Source: an uncultured virus (IMG/VR IMGVR_UViG_3300022602_000034) (lineage: Duplodnaviria; Heunggongvirae; Uroviricota; Caudoviricetes). Taken from it: a DNA stretch of 64,000 nt. The notes beneath the pieces were generated by a model, which saw only the letters and a list, made by a program, of their open reading frames with translations, did no database searches and was not told where the DNA came from. Location of the stretch: IMG/VR virus record IMGVR_UViG_3300022602_000034. The stretch is one strand, 5' to 3'. Shown here in pieces: positions 27,965 through 36,975 of this stretch. Within the stretch, counting starts at the first letter, position 1, and the number at the start of each line of letters is the position of its first letter. Made by a program: the position numbers and the translations under genes.

Positions 27965-28390
27965 TGTTTTGTATTCTATTAGTAATTCTAGTACTAATAT
28001 CTTTAGGGAGAATACACTTGCCGCTTAGAAGCCATGGTAGTGCTGTTCAAGCACTACCATTGGATTAACTTGCCATGCCCGTCTCCCACGTTGTTTATAC
28101 CCGTATATTCTGCCAACTTGATTAAGCAAATATACGCCACCGGTTGCCCTATAAGGTTTATGGTCTGTAGTTGAATATACGCACGGTTTAGTGTTTCATT
28201 CTGCAACGCATGTTCTATACCATCAAAACAAAGTAGGTATAGACTCATTGAGAGTTCGCTGTTTACTCGATTGCTCTCTCGGTGTTCCACACAATCAAAA
28301 GATCATGTGCTCTTCTCCAGAATCTGACGGCTTGTAACTTTCAAAGCAATCTCAAGGAGGACTGACAAACTCAGTCAACTAGTTAAGGGT
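27965..28390 (-). ncRNA. Candidate large structured non-coding RNA, family not recognised
   Basis: Largest non-coding gap in the window, with stems at 27970-28016, 28034-28060, 28102-28136, 28214-28243, 28250-28278, 28288-28309 and 28360-28376, plus a long-range 28020-28029/28323-28331 pairing. Strand is inferred from G-U pairs and upstream transcription. Confidence 0.5.
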
Positions 28391-28398
28391 TCTGTGTA

Positions 28399-28932
28399 TT
28401 AATTATTTTGTTTTTGACTTGGTGTCTGTGAATATGATTTTACTAAATCTGTATTATTTTTGAAAAAGTTAGAATGCTCTACAATGATCCAATCGCCCCA
28501 TGTCTTGCTACTATATAGAATGCATGAATCTGCCTTCCATGTTAATTTGCCTTGAACTGCGACATATTGACCTTTACGATTAAACTTCATAAAAAGAAGA
28601 TTTAAATCGCCTTCGTCTTCTACATCAAGTAGTTGCTCTAGCCACGAATCAAGTTGTTTACACTCCCCAGTAAGGGTCAAGTGCCACGGAAAGTCAGCAT
28701 AGCTTTTCGCTTCAGCATTGAAATGCTTCCAATCATCAGGTGGAATGATATCACCTTTAAATGATTTAACTTGATTCTCACTTAGATATTCTTTTCGGCG
28801 ATTGTTTGTCCCACCGATAAATGCACCGCTGTGTGCAGCTCTAACAAAAGACTCACCATAAGTTTTAGATAAAAAGTTAGCAACCTCACGTTCAAATGCG
28901 TTGCCTTTATTTTTACTTTTTGATCCACTCAT
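28399..28932 (-). CDS. PD-(D/E)XK nuclease, Holliday junction resolvase (Hjc)-like
   Basis: KNKGNAFEREVANFL, SGA, GDII, AEAK motifs. Located downstream of gp46. Confidence 0.75.
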   Translation of the reverse strand: MSGSKSKNKGNAFEREVANFLSKTYGESFVRAAHSGAFIGGTNNRRKEYLSENQVKSFKGDIIPPDDWKHFNAEAKSYADFPWHLTLTGECKQLDSWLEQLLDVEDEGDLNLLFMKFNRKGQYVAVQGKLTWKADSCILYSSKTWGDWIIVEHSNFFKNNTDLVKSYSQTPSQKQNN

Positions 28933-29017
28933 TCAATGCCTCTTTGTATAAATTAATATCTTTGTGTATTCTACTTATCAGTTCCTGATCGCAACCAAAC
29001 TTTTTTGATAAGGTGAT

Positions 29018-30462
29018 TTATTCTATATCGGTTGATGTAGCGTAATTTGTAAAACCGTTCTCTTTTACTACTTTCAGTACGCTAGGAACACGACCTGCAA
29101 GTTCCTCACGATGTGAAACTAGCCAAATACTCTTTTGTCTAGTTCTACTCATGTCTTTTAAGATAGCAATACTGTTTTCAACGCCCATTGTATCAAGTCC
29201 CGAGTCAATTAACTCGTCAATGAACAATGTGTTGATAGGAACATATAAACTTTCCCAAACATCACGGAAAGCGAAACTTAATCCTAAGATCAAACGATTG
29301 CGCTCACCACGACTTAAATTGTCAAAGTCTAACTCACGACCTAATTCAGTAATCTCAACTTGTAAATCATTTTTGAATACAACATTGTGAGGTAAACCGA
29401 TCTTGTCTAGGTAATGAGTCAAACGATTGTTTAGATAACTCAAGTTTTGGTCAATAATCTTTTTACGAACAAAACTATCTTTGCTGGTCAATAAGTCAAG
29501 CAAGAACTTTTGGTGTTCTAGTTTCTTGGTTAACTCATTGATTTTGTTAAAGTCAACTGTTTGTAGTGCATCACTTTCCATTTCAGTGATTTGCTCAGTG
29601 TATGGATCAGTTTCAACTGCTTTGTCTTCTAATTGTTTTTCAACACTTGCTAGTTTGCTGCGATGCTCAACTGCCTTTTCTTCTGTATCATAAATTGTTT
29701 TAGGTTGTGTGCCTAGTACAACTTCAGGATGATCCAACAACTGTTTTGCATAAGGATCAACTTCTTTTTGTTTTTCTAGTATCTTGTTTTGTAAGTTACT
29801 TGCTTCGCTACCGTGACGAATTGCTTCTGCTTCTGTTTTATAGAATGTCTTGGGCTTGTTACCGACAATAATTTCTTTATCGTTCAATTCATTGTATTGA
29901 TTCAATAGTATAGTAGCATGTGACTGTGCATCTTCCAACATCTGTTNNNNNNNNNNNNNNNNNNNNNNNNNNNNNNNNNNNNNNNNNNNNNNNNNNNNNN
30001 NNNNNNNNNNNNNNNNNNNNNNNNNNNNNNNNNNNNNNNNNNNNNNCTCATGTGGATGATACGCTCAATTTCTGCTTGAGTTTCTTTGTTCTCACCTTGT
30101 GCATCATCAGTCTTTTTCAAATTGTTATTGACATAGAACTTAAGAACATTGGGCTTGCGACCACGCTCAATCTTATACTCAATGCCATTCACACTAAACT
30201 CTAATGTAACCATCATGTTTTTAGCATTGGTTCTATTGACTAGGTTATCTTTACGAATGTCATTGATAGGAACGCCAAAAAGGGCGTAACTTAATCCCTG
30301 AATCAATGTTGTCTTACCCGTACCATTACGAGCGCCATCGCCGCCTAAGTCTAAGTTCTCACCTAGAATAAGTGTCAGTTCTTGTTTATTAAAGTCAACT
30401 GCTTGTGTTACTGCACCGATTGATAGAAAGTTTCGTAATGTTATGTTTTTAAGTAGGATCAT
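29018..30462 (-). CDS. gp46: Recombination ATPase gp46 (SbcC/Rad50-like), split in the ORF track by the N gap
   Basis: LRNFLSIG, Walker A GARNGTGKT, signature LSRGERNR, Walker B LFIDELID, H-loop VSHR. Confidence 0.93.
29947..30046. other. Assembly gap (100 N)
   Basis: Run of exactly 100 n inside gp46. Confidence 0.99.
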
Positions 30463-31067
30463 AGGTTGTCAATTATATCATGTAATTCAGGTTCAAATCT
30501 ACTGCTGAATACCCCTCTGGGTAAATTGTGATACGCAATAGGCGTATGTGGTATGCCGTAGTTTATCCATGCAGGTTGATTGCTATCCATTCTAGCAATT
30601 TCTACAGGAGTACATCCTTCTTTAACAAATCTTGCAGGGCTATTGCCGTTTGTTAAATTTGTATCAACATATGTGTTATTCTGCAAAGAAGATTGATCGG
30701 CATCAGATATGATCTCCGCATCATAGAATGTAGTGAATGTGTTAGCACAATTCAATGTAGGGATGTTCAATGAAAACGAACGTATTTGCCATGCAGTACT
30801 ATCAACATGAATAGGTAGCGTTTCCCCGTTGTTGGTATATATCATCAAAGAATATGACCATCTATCATAGATTCCTAATGATTTAAGATACTCAACAAAT
30901 AAAGGAGTATGTTGTTCTATGTGTTTCTTTGGAATATATTTAGTTTTAGGTATCCAAGTCTCTGGATCAGGATTAACCATAACCATATATTGACGCAATT
31001 CTAGTTGAATATCATCAAGGTTTTTTATGTTTGTTACTGGTTTGAAACACCATGTTGGTTTGTTCAT
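30459..31067 (-). CDS. Hypothetical protein, possible 2OG-Fe(II)/cupin-fold oxygenase
   Basis: 202 aa, LPIHVD...SLNIP...WINYGIPH...R pattern (HxD...H). ATGA overlaps at both ends. Confidence 0.55.
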   Translation of the reverse strand: MNKPTWCFKPVTNIKNLDDIQLELRQYMVMVNPDPETWIPKTKYIPKKHIEQHTPLFVEYLKSLGIYDRWSYSLMIYTNNGETLPIHVDSTAWQIRSFSLNIPTLNCANTFTTFYDAEIISDADQSSLQNNTYVDTNLTNGNSPARFVKEGCTPVEIARMDSNQPAWINYGIPHTPIAYHNLPRGVFSSRFEPELHDIIDNL

Positions 31068-32077
31068 AGTGTGTTGTAAATATCTAGTAAAATCTTTTTG
31101 TCAAAACTGTTTGACTCAATACTATTAATTTGGTCGATGACGATTTGATCTACACTTTCAAAGTGTAACCCGTCGGGACCTTGTTGTTCAGCTTGTTCAA
31201 CCTTCATAGGTATCAATGCCATTTCACGCAATTTGTGTTCGGGAATAAGTGTTTCACGAATAAAGTTTGCTTCTTCATAACTGATATCAATGTCAAGATG
31301 TACTCTAACATGACTATCAGGTAATAATAAACCCTGTGGGTTCTCAAGTATCTCTGATAACTTATAGACTCTGAACAATGGTTGTCCAGGCCAACTACGA
31401 AACTCTGGCTCACTATCCCATTCAAGTATCATCATGCCACGTTGGTCATCACCTGCATCAGCATAGTTATGAGGGAATGCATTGCCAATATACCAAATGT
31501 TTTTCTTTGCTTGTCGTTTATGAAAATGACCACTAAAGACTTTATCAAAACCACTCACGTGGTCAGTGTTAAGTTCACCGTGATCTGGCATCTCAACCAT
31601 AGCGTTCATGTAGAAGTGTGGTAACTCAAAATGACCAAACAAATATTTGCCTTTGAGTTTTTGCAATTTCTTGTAATCTTCTTGTACAAGCCATGGTGCG
31701 ATTGCTACGTTACCCTCACTGAAGAACTCATTAATAATTTTAACGTTTGGTAGATGTTTTGCCCATTCAACAGAATGAATATCACGGCGATCACGATAAT
31801 ATAAGTCGTGATTACCGGGGATAAAATATACAGTATCAAATGCATTGTTTAATTTCTCTAATGCTTGTAAACCAAATTGAAGTGTGTGAATGTTGATACT
31901 TGCACGATGATGATTCCAGTCACCCAAGAAAAAACAAGTCTCGCAATTTTCTTTTTTAGCTTCTTGTATGAACCAATCTACAAAATTGGAACAGTCGGTG
32001 TTATGTACTAGGCTATTTGACTTCAAACCAAAATGAATATCGGTGAAGACAGCAGCTTTCTTAAAAAGGTTACTCAT
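31064..32077 (-). CDS. gp47: Recombination nuclease gp47 (SbcD/Mre11-like)
   Basis: Metallophosphoesterase motifs TDIHFG, LGDWNH, GNHD, GHFE, SGHFH. Confidence 0.95.
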   Translation of the reverse strand: MSNLFKKAAVFTDIHFGLKSNSLVHNTDCSNFVDWFIQEAKKENCETCFFLGDWNHHRASINIHTLQFGLQALEKLNNAFDTVYFIPGNHDLYYRDRRDIHSVEWAKHLPNVKIINEFFSEGNVAIAPWLVQEDYKKLQKLKGKYLFGHFELPHFYMNAMVEMPDHGELNTDHVSGFDKVFSGHFHKRQAKKNIWYIGNAFPHNYADAGDDQRGMMILEWDSEPEFRSWPGQPLFRVYKLSEILENPQGLLLPDSHVRVHLDIDISYEEANFIRETLIPEHKLREMALIPMKVEQAEQQGPDGLHFESVDQIVIDQINSIESNSFDKKILLDIYNTL

Positions 32078-32084
32078 AAGTGTT

Positions 32085-32121
32085 AGTATAAAGGAATAGG
32101 GACTACAAAAGCAATCCCTAT
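32085..32121 (-). promoter_or_regulatory. Sigma70-like promoter (TTGCTT-N18-TATACT) overlapping an 11-bp hairpin that may terminate gp55 transcription
   Basis: -35 at 32109-32114 and -10 at 32085-32090, 7 nt before the gp47 ATG. Hairpin ATAGGGATTGC-TTTT-GTAGTCCCTAT at 32096-32121. Confidence 0.5.
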
Positions 32122-32129
32122 GGTTAAAT

Positions 32130-33023
32130 TTATTCTTCGTATGAACCAGCAGTGATACCTTGACGAGTCCAACTTGGATTAAGCCCGTTTAGTTCTAAGA
32201 TATCGTCACGAATGTTCTGGTTACGTTTTTCTGAGTTCAACACACGGCAGAAACTGTTTGTGATAGCTGCTGTATAGTAAGCGAATGGATTAGCCGATTT
32301 AGCTTCGTTAAAGCGTAAGCCGACATACGTAAGCTGTAGAATGGCGCTGTTACGCATTTCATCGTTGTATGTGTATCCACGCCAGTTAAATTTCATAGCA
32401 TATTTCTCACACATCATAATGTACATACGTGCTAGTTTGTTGGTGATTTGTCCGTGATCCTTGCTGAACTCGCCGCCTTTTAAATCACCGATCCAATGAC
32501 TTTTGCCCACACATTTGATGTTGCCACCGCGGGTAAACTTGAAATGTTGAAATGGTGGGAAGTTTACTTTGACATGAACCATGTCGTCAATTTCTTGTTT
32601 GGTAGTTGTGTCTTCTAGGTCAGAAAAGATTTCATCTGGATCTTCTTCAAACGAAAAGATATCTTTTGCTGTTTTCTTTTTGTCAACTTTACGTGGTGCT
32701 TTGGGTGCAACTGGAATATGATCCCAAGTCATGACACGAAATACCAAATCAGTGTCTTTGATATCTTCTGGGTTTACTTTAGTCCCACTTTCAACGCTTA
32801 GCCGAGTAGCACGAGTTTCTTTTGCTTCCTGAATAATTTCAGGTTTCTGCATATGTTTAAAACTCTTTTCAAGCGTTTCAGTTGGCATATCAACAATATA
32901 GTCGTATCTATGATCGGTTGGATCTTTGAATAAACAATATGCGTTTTTGCTCGTGTGAATCTCTTTTAAAATGTCTTTGTTGTTAAGGTAGTTAACCGGC
33001 TTTTTGTGTGGTATGAGGCTCAT
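32130..33023 (-). CDS. gp55: Late-transcription sigma factor (gp55-like)
   Basis: NYLNNKDILKEI, NWRGYTYNDEM, FNEAKSANPFAYYT..ITNSF.R.LNSEK. Synteny with gp47/gp46. GGAGA SD. Confidence 0.9.
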   Translation of the reverse strand: MSLIPHKKPVNYLNNKDILKEIHTSKNAYCLFKDPTDHRYDYIVDMPTETLEKSFKHMQKPEIIQEAKETRATRLSVESGTKVNPEDIKDTDLVFRVMTWDHIPVAPKAPRKVDKKKTAKDIFSFEEDPDEIFSDLEDTTTKQEIDDMVHVKVNFPPFQHFKFTRGGNIKCVGKSHWIGDLKGGEFSKDHGQITNKLARMYIMMCEKYAMKFNWRGYTYNDEMRNSAILQLTYVGLRFNEAKSANPFAYYTAAITNSFCRVLNSEKRNQNIRDDILELNGLNPSWTRQGITAGSYEE

Positions 33024-33048
33024 ATTTCTCCGTTATTATGATCTAGAT

Positions 33049-33077
33049 ATTGTAATACTTTCGTTGCAAAAATGCAA
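33049..33077 (-). promoter_or_regulatory. Sigma70-like promoter for gp55 (TTGCAT-N17-TACAAT)
   Basis: -35 at 33072-33077, -10 at 33049-33054, 17-nt spacer. Confidence 0.6.
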
Positions 33078-33110
33078 CAGATTACGGTAAAAATGGGGGT
33101 TTTTTGATGC

Positions 33111-33126
33111 GATAAATATATTTAGT
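33111..33126. promoter_or_regulatory. Late promoter GATAAATA (+) abutting ACTAAATA (-)
   Basis: GATAAATATATTTAGT in the divergent intergenic region. The plus box is 23 nt before ATG 33142. Confidence 0.6.
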
Positions 33127-33141
33127 AAAGGTATATTCACC

Positions 33142-34440
33142 ATGGCAGATCCAACAGTATCAAATTCAGACCCCGCCGCCGAACAAGCAAACACAAATGC
33201 TTCAATATTATCGGCTATAACGAACGGGGCAGTAAGCCAGCCTGCAACGGTTCAAGAGGCACTAGCCCCAACTACGGTTACCACACAACAGAATTCTCAT
33301 ACACAACAGGATATCATCGTCAATTCTCAAACAGAAGCAGACGGTACATTGATAGAAACTTTTGGTGATGGATCAGTATTGGTAACCAACCCAGACAAGA
33401 CACAAACTTTTACTTCTTTATCTCAAGTACAGTCAGAATTTAAGGTACAAGAGCAACGAAACATAGTTGTATCTACACAGACATTTGATGATGGTTCAAG
33501 TATTCAAACATTTGGTGACGGATCAACTTTGGTTACTGATAGTAATGGTAACCAAACGTTCAACTCAGTGGGGCAACCAGTATACACTGATGGGTCAAAC
33601 ACTAATACAACATCTATTAGTACAACTTCTATCAAACAAAAAGCTAATGCGGCAACTCCTGTAACTGATTGGAGAGTTAAACTTAGTTTAGCTAAAGGTT
33701 CAAAGTATTTGTATAATGCTGCAACTTCTAGCGATATATTGTGGCCTTTGCAATATACTGATGGTGTAGTATTCCCGTATACTCCTACCATTCAAACAGC
33801 ATATCGTGCAAACTATGATCCTGCTGACTTGACACATTCAAACTATAAAATGTTTTTCTATAGAAACAGTAATGTTGATGATATAAGTATCAGTTGTGAC
33901 TTCACCGCACAAGATAACGCTGAAGCAAATTATTTGTTAGCAGTAATTCATTTCTTTAAATCTGCTACTAAAATGTTCTATGGTCAAGATGGTATTAAAG
34001 GGGGTGTATCTGCTGGTACTCCTCCTCCGTTAGTATATCTTTCTGGGTACGGCCAGTATCAATTCAACAACCACCCTATGTTGATTAGTTCATTCACATA
34101 TAGTTTACCTAATGATGTAGACTACATCAGGGCTTCCTTTAACACTAGTGCATCATTGTCTTCAGGAAACGCACCCAAAGCTTCATATAATCCGGGCATA
34201 GACTATGTAAAAAATAGGTTGTTTGGATCTAAATTAAATCCAGGTGGAGCACCAAGTCAACCTACTTTTAATCTATCAACAATAGGTGAAACAACATATG
34301 TTCCTACTAAAATTCAATTATCTATAAATTGTTTACCAGTAGTAACAAGAAATGATATATCAAATAATTTTAGTCTTGCAGATTATGCAACAGGAAAATT
34401 ATTGTTAGGGAACAATCGAGGTGCAGGAGGTATTTGGTAA
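33142..34440 (+). CDS. Baseplate/tail-tube initiator-like protein (gp54/gp48-like) with N-terminal extension
   Basis: GVVFPYTPTI...THSNY...FTAQDNAEANYLLAVIHFFKSATKMFYG...GTPPPLVYLSGYG...ISSFTYSLPNDVDY. Precedes the gp53-like gene. Confidence 0.6.
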   Translation: MADPTVSNSDPAAEQANTNASILSAITNGAVSQPATVQEALAPTTVTTQQNSHTQQDIIVNSQTEADGTLIETFGDGSVLVTNPDKTQTFTSLSQVQSEFKVQEQRNIVVSTQTFDDGSSIQTFGDGSTLVTDSNGNQTFNSVGQPVYTDGSNTNTTSISTTSIKQKANAATPVTDWRVKLSLAKGSKYLYNAATSSDILWPLQYTDGVVFPYTPTIQTAYRANYDPADLTHSNYKMFFYRNSNVDDISISCDFTAQDNAEANYLLAVIHFFKSATKMFYGQDGIKGGVSAGTPPPLVYLSGYGQYQFNNHPMLISSFTYSLPNDVDYIRASFNTSASLSSGNAPKASYNPGIDYVKNRLFGSKLNPGGAPSQPTFNLSTIGETTYVPTKIQLSINCLPVVTRNDISNNFSLADYATGKLLLGNNRGAGGIW

Positions 34441-34739
34441 TGAATTATCCACAAACAAGTCCATATCACAATTCAGAAATTTACAATGGGCAATTTTTAG
34501 ACATTATGATTAACGTTGATATTCCAGTAGATACGTCTGATACACTATGGGGAATCACATCAACATATCATTTACGCCCTGACCTATTGGCGTATGACTT
34601 ATATAATGACAGTAGACTGTGGTGGGTATTTGCTCAACGCAATCCTAATAAACTTAAAGATCCAGTTTTTGATTTTGTTGAAGGTATCAATATCTATATC
34701 CCTCAGTTATCTAACTTGCAAACTGCTTTAGGAATATAA
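34440..34739 (+). CDS. gp53: Baseplate wedge gp53-like (LysM-like) protein
   Basis: RPDLLAYDLYNDSRLWWVFAQRN...DPVFDF..G..IYIP. TAATG overlap gives ATG 34440. Confidence 0.75.
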   Translation: MNYPQTSPYHNSEIYNGQFLDIMINVDIPVDTSDTLWGITSTYHLRPDLLAYDLYNDSRLWWVFAQRNPNKLKDPVFDFVEGINIYIPQLSNLQTALGI

Positions 34740-34740
34740 T

Positions 34741-36966
34741 ATGGCAACAACAGTTAATGAGTTTGGACAAATAGTACCAGACGATGATGCTAGTGGTGAT
34801 AAAATAAAATCACAGTCTGATAATAATAACAATATTGTTACCGGTGACTCTAATGGATCTTCTAGTCCCACAATGCGTCAACATAATCCATTAGCAACTT
34901 ATAGTAGTTCTACTTATAGATTAGGATTATATATGATTACCCCTGAAGACGGTAATCAGTTTGCTCAGACTGGTACATGGGATTTAAAATCAATGACTTT
35001 GATAGTCCAAAGCGGTGGCATAACTAAGAGTATAGATGGGAACAGAAGTCCATACTTTGGATTAGATTTGTATATGGACAATTTAGAAATTGATTCTGTA
35101 GTAAGTCCAAAAGGCAATCAAGTTTCAACTACATCATTCAAGTTTAAGTTTCAAATATTTGAACCTTACGGTATTAGCTTTACAACTAATCTGATTAATG
35201 CTGCAATTGATATGCAAAAAAAATCAGAAATACAACGTTCATTAGATCAACCTATTGAAGCATTGATGGTTGATTACTTGTTAGCTGTGCATTTTTACGG
35301 GTATGATGCAGATGGCAAAATAACTTCAGGTCCACCTGACATTAACGGAACACAATCAAGCGCAGCAGGCGGTGCAGCTTTTGAAAGACTTTTCCCAATA
35401 ACTATCACTAAAATGGGATTTAAATTAGATAACAAAATGGCTATCTACGACATACAGGCTACTATGAGTAACTTTCAAGTGGCATTTGGTCAAAAGCGTG
35501 GTATAATTGAAGACGCAACATCAGTGAACGCCGATACTGTACAAACTGCATTAGATTTAATTGCAGCAGCAATGAATAGAAAACAGGAACTTATTTCAGG
35601 GTCACAAAAAGGCGCAACTCAAGAAATTCCAGATGAATATGAATATGTCTTTGTAGGAAATTCAAATACAATAGGTAATGAATATATTGTAGATAAGAAT
35701 CATTATGTCATTAGTTCAACCCCAATGCCGGATGTAATTAGTGGATTGAATATTAATGTTAGACTTGCTGACAGTGCAAAATCTGAAGTTGTAAAGCAAA
35801 AAAGACAAATTCAATTGGCACCCGGTAGTACAGTTATGAGCGTGATAGATCAAATTATCACACAAAGTACTTTTGTATCTAAGGCATTGGAAGTAGTAGA
35901 TAAAGAAATTATTGATAAAACAAAATCTACCGAACAAGGATATTCAACTAACGCTAAACCAAAACCTTTGTACTGGTATCACGTGACACCTCAAATTATT
36001 AAAAAGAAATTTGACCATAAACGACATGACTTTGCATATAAAATTCGTTATTTGATACAACAAAAAGAAGTACCATACGTTCGTTCACCTGCAGTCAAAA
36101 CTACCACATCTTATAAAGGTGCATTTAAGCGTTATGATTATTGGTACACAGGAAAAAATACTGAAATTTTGTCGTATGAGCAAACATATAACATGCTATA
36201 CTTTACTACAGGCGCCGCAAGTAGTGAAGCTGCTACTACGCCAAACAAAGATGTTGCGCCCACAAGTCAAAAAACAGTATCAGATGCTTCTGGTGTTGGT
36301 TCTTTGCCTAATTCAAAAGAAAATCCCAATACAGTAAGAACTGCTTTGTATAGCCCGGGCGATCAGATAAACGCACATATTAAAATTTTAGGTGATCCTG
36401 ATTATCTAGTTACATCAGAAGCAGGTGCAGAAAACCTAGTAGCACAACAGTGGTATGGAAATGATTATACACTGAATCCTGCAACTGGCCAAGTTTTTAT
36501 TGAAATTGGATTCAGACAAGTCACTGATTATAATATTAATTCAGGCCTATTAGAGCCAAATAATGACATTGTTTTTTGGGACTATCCTAATGAAGTAAAG
36601 GCTATAGCTGGAAATAGAATGATATATATGGTTATATCCTTTAAGAGTAATTTTAGCAGGGGAATGTTTACACAAGAATTGAAAACAATTATCCCACCGT
36701 TTTCAACGAAAAGTGATACTACTAAAGAAACGCAAAGAGAAACACCGGCAGCTAAACCGGCAAATCAATCTACATCATCTACACAAGCTGATATAGCATA
36801 TATTAATAATACTCCGTTTTCTAGTGTGGTTTCAAGTGGAAATAGTCGGGATTCGGAAGATGAAAATGCAAACAAAGCAGTGAAACCACAAAAACCAGGT
36901 GGTGGTCGTGGCAGCACTAAACAATATGATACAAGTAATAAAACTACTAACCGTTTTGCAAAATAA
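34741..36966 (+). CDS. Probable baseplate hub protein (gp27-like position)
   Basis: 741 aa between the gp53-like and gp5-like genes. YDYWYTGKNTEIL, IKILGDPDYL and C-terminal FSRGMFTQEL. Confidence 0.55.
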   Translation: MATTVNEFGQIVPDDDASGDKIKSQSDNNNNIVTGDSNGSSSPTMRQHNPLATYSSSTYRLGLYMITPEDGNQFAQTGTWDLKSMTLIVQSGGITKSIDGNRSPYFGLDLYMDNLEIDSVVSPKGNQVSTTSFKFKFQIFEPYGISFTTNLINAAIDMQKKSEIQRSLDQPIEALMVDYLLAVHFYGYDADGKITSGPPDINGTQSSAAGGAAFERLFPITITKMGFKLDNKMAIYDIQATMSNFQVAFGQKRGIIEDATSVNADTVQTALDLIAAAMNRKQELISGSQKGATQEIPDEYEYVFVGNSNTIGNEYIVDKNHYVISSTPMPDVISGLNINVRLADSAKSEVVKQKRQIQLAPGSTVMSVIDQIITQSTFVSKALEVVDKEIIDKTKSTEQGYSTNAKPKPLYWYHVTPQIIKKKFDHKRHDFAYKIRYLIQQKEVPYVRSPAVKTTTSYKGAFKRYDYWYTGKNTEILSYEQTYNMLYFTTGAASSEAATTPNKDVAPTSQKTVSDASGVGSLPNSKENPNTVRTALYSPGDQINAHIKILGDPDYLVTSEAGAENLVAQQWYGNDYTLNPATGQVFIEIGFRQVTDYNINSGLLEPNNDIVFWDYPNEVKAIAGNRMIYMVISFKSNFSRGMFTQELKTIIPPFSTKSDTTKETQRETPAAKPANQSTSSTQADIAYINNTPFSSVVSSGNSRDSEDENANKAVKPQKPGGGRGSTKQYDTSNKTTNRFAK

Positions 36967-36975
36967 GGAATATTA

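Noticed and set aside
28054..28290. 78-aa ORF in the structured intergenic region
   Set aside because: GTG start without a convincing SD, no recognisable motif, and it runs through dense stems. More likely incidental.
28020..28331. RNase P RNA-like P4 pairing (GAGCACATG with CATGGCTT on the minus strand)
   Set aside because: The GAGGAAAGUCC and ACAGAA/ACAAAA consensus segments are missing and both strands are already in local hairpins, so no family is assigned.
29902..30046. Apparent split or frameshift of gp46 (intron, intein or pseudogene)
   Set aside because: The break coincides with a 100-N scaffold gap of unknown true length.
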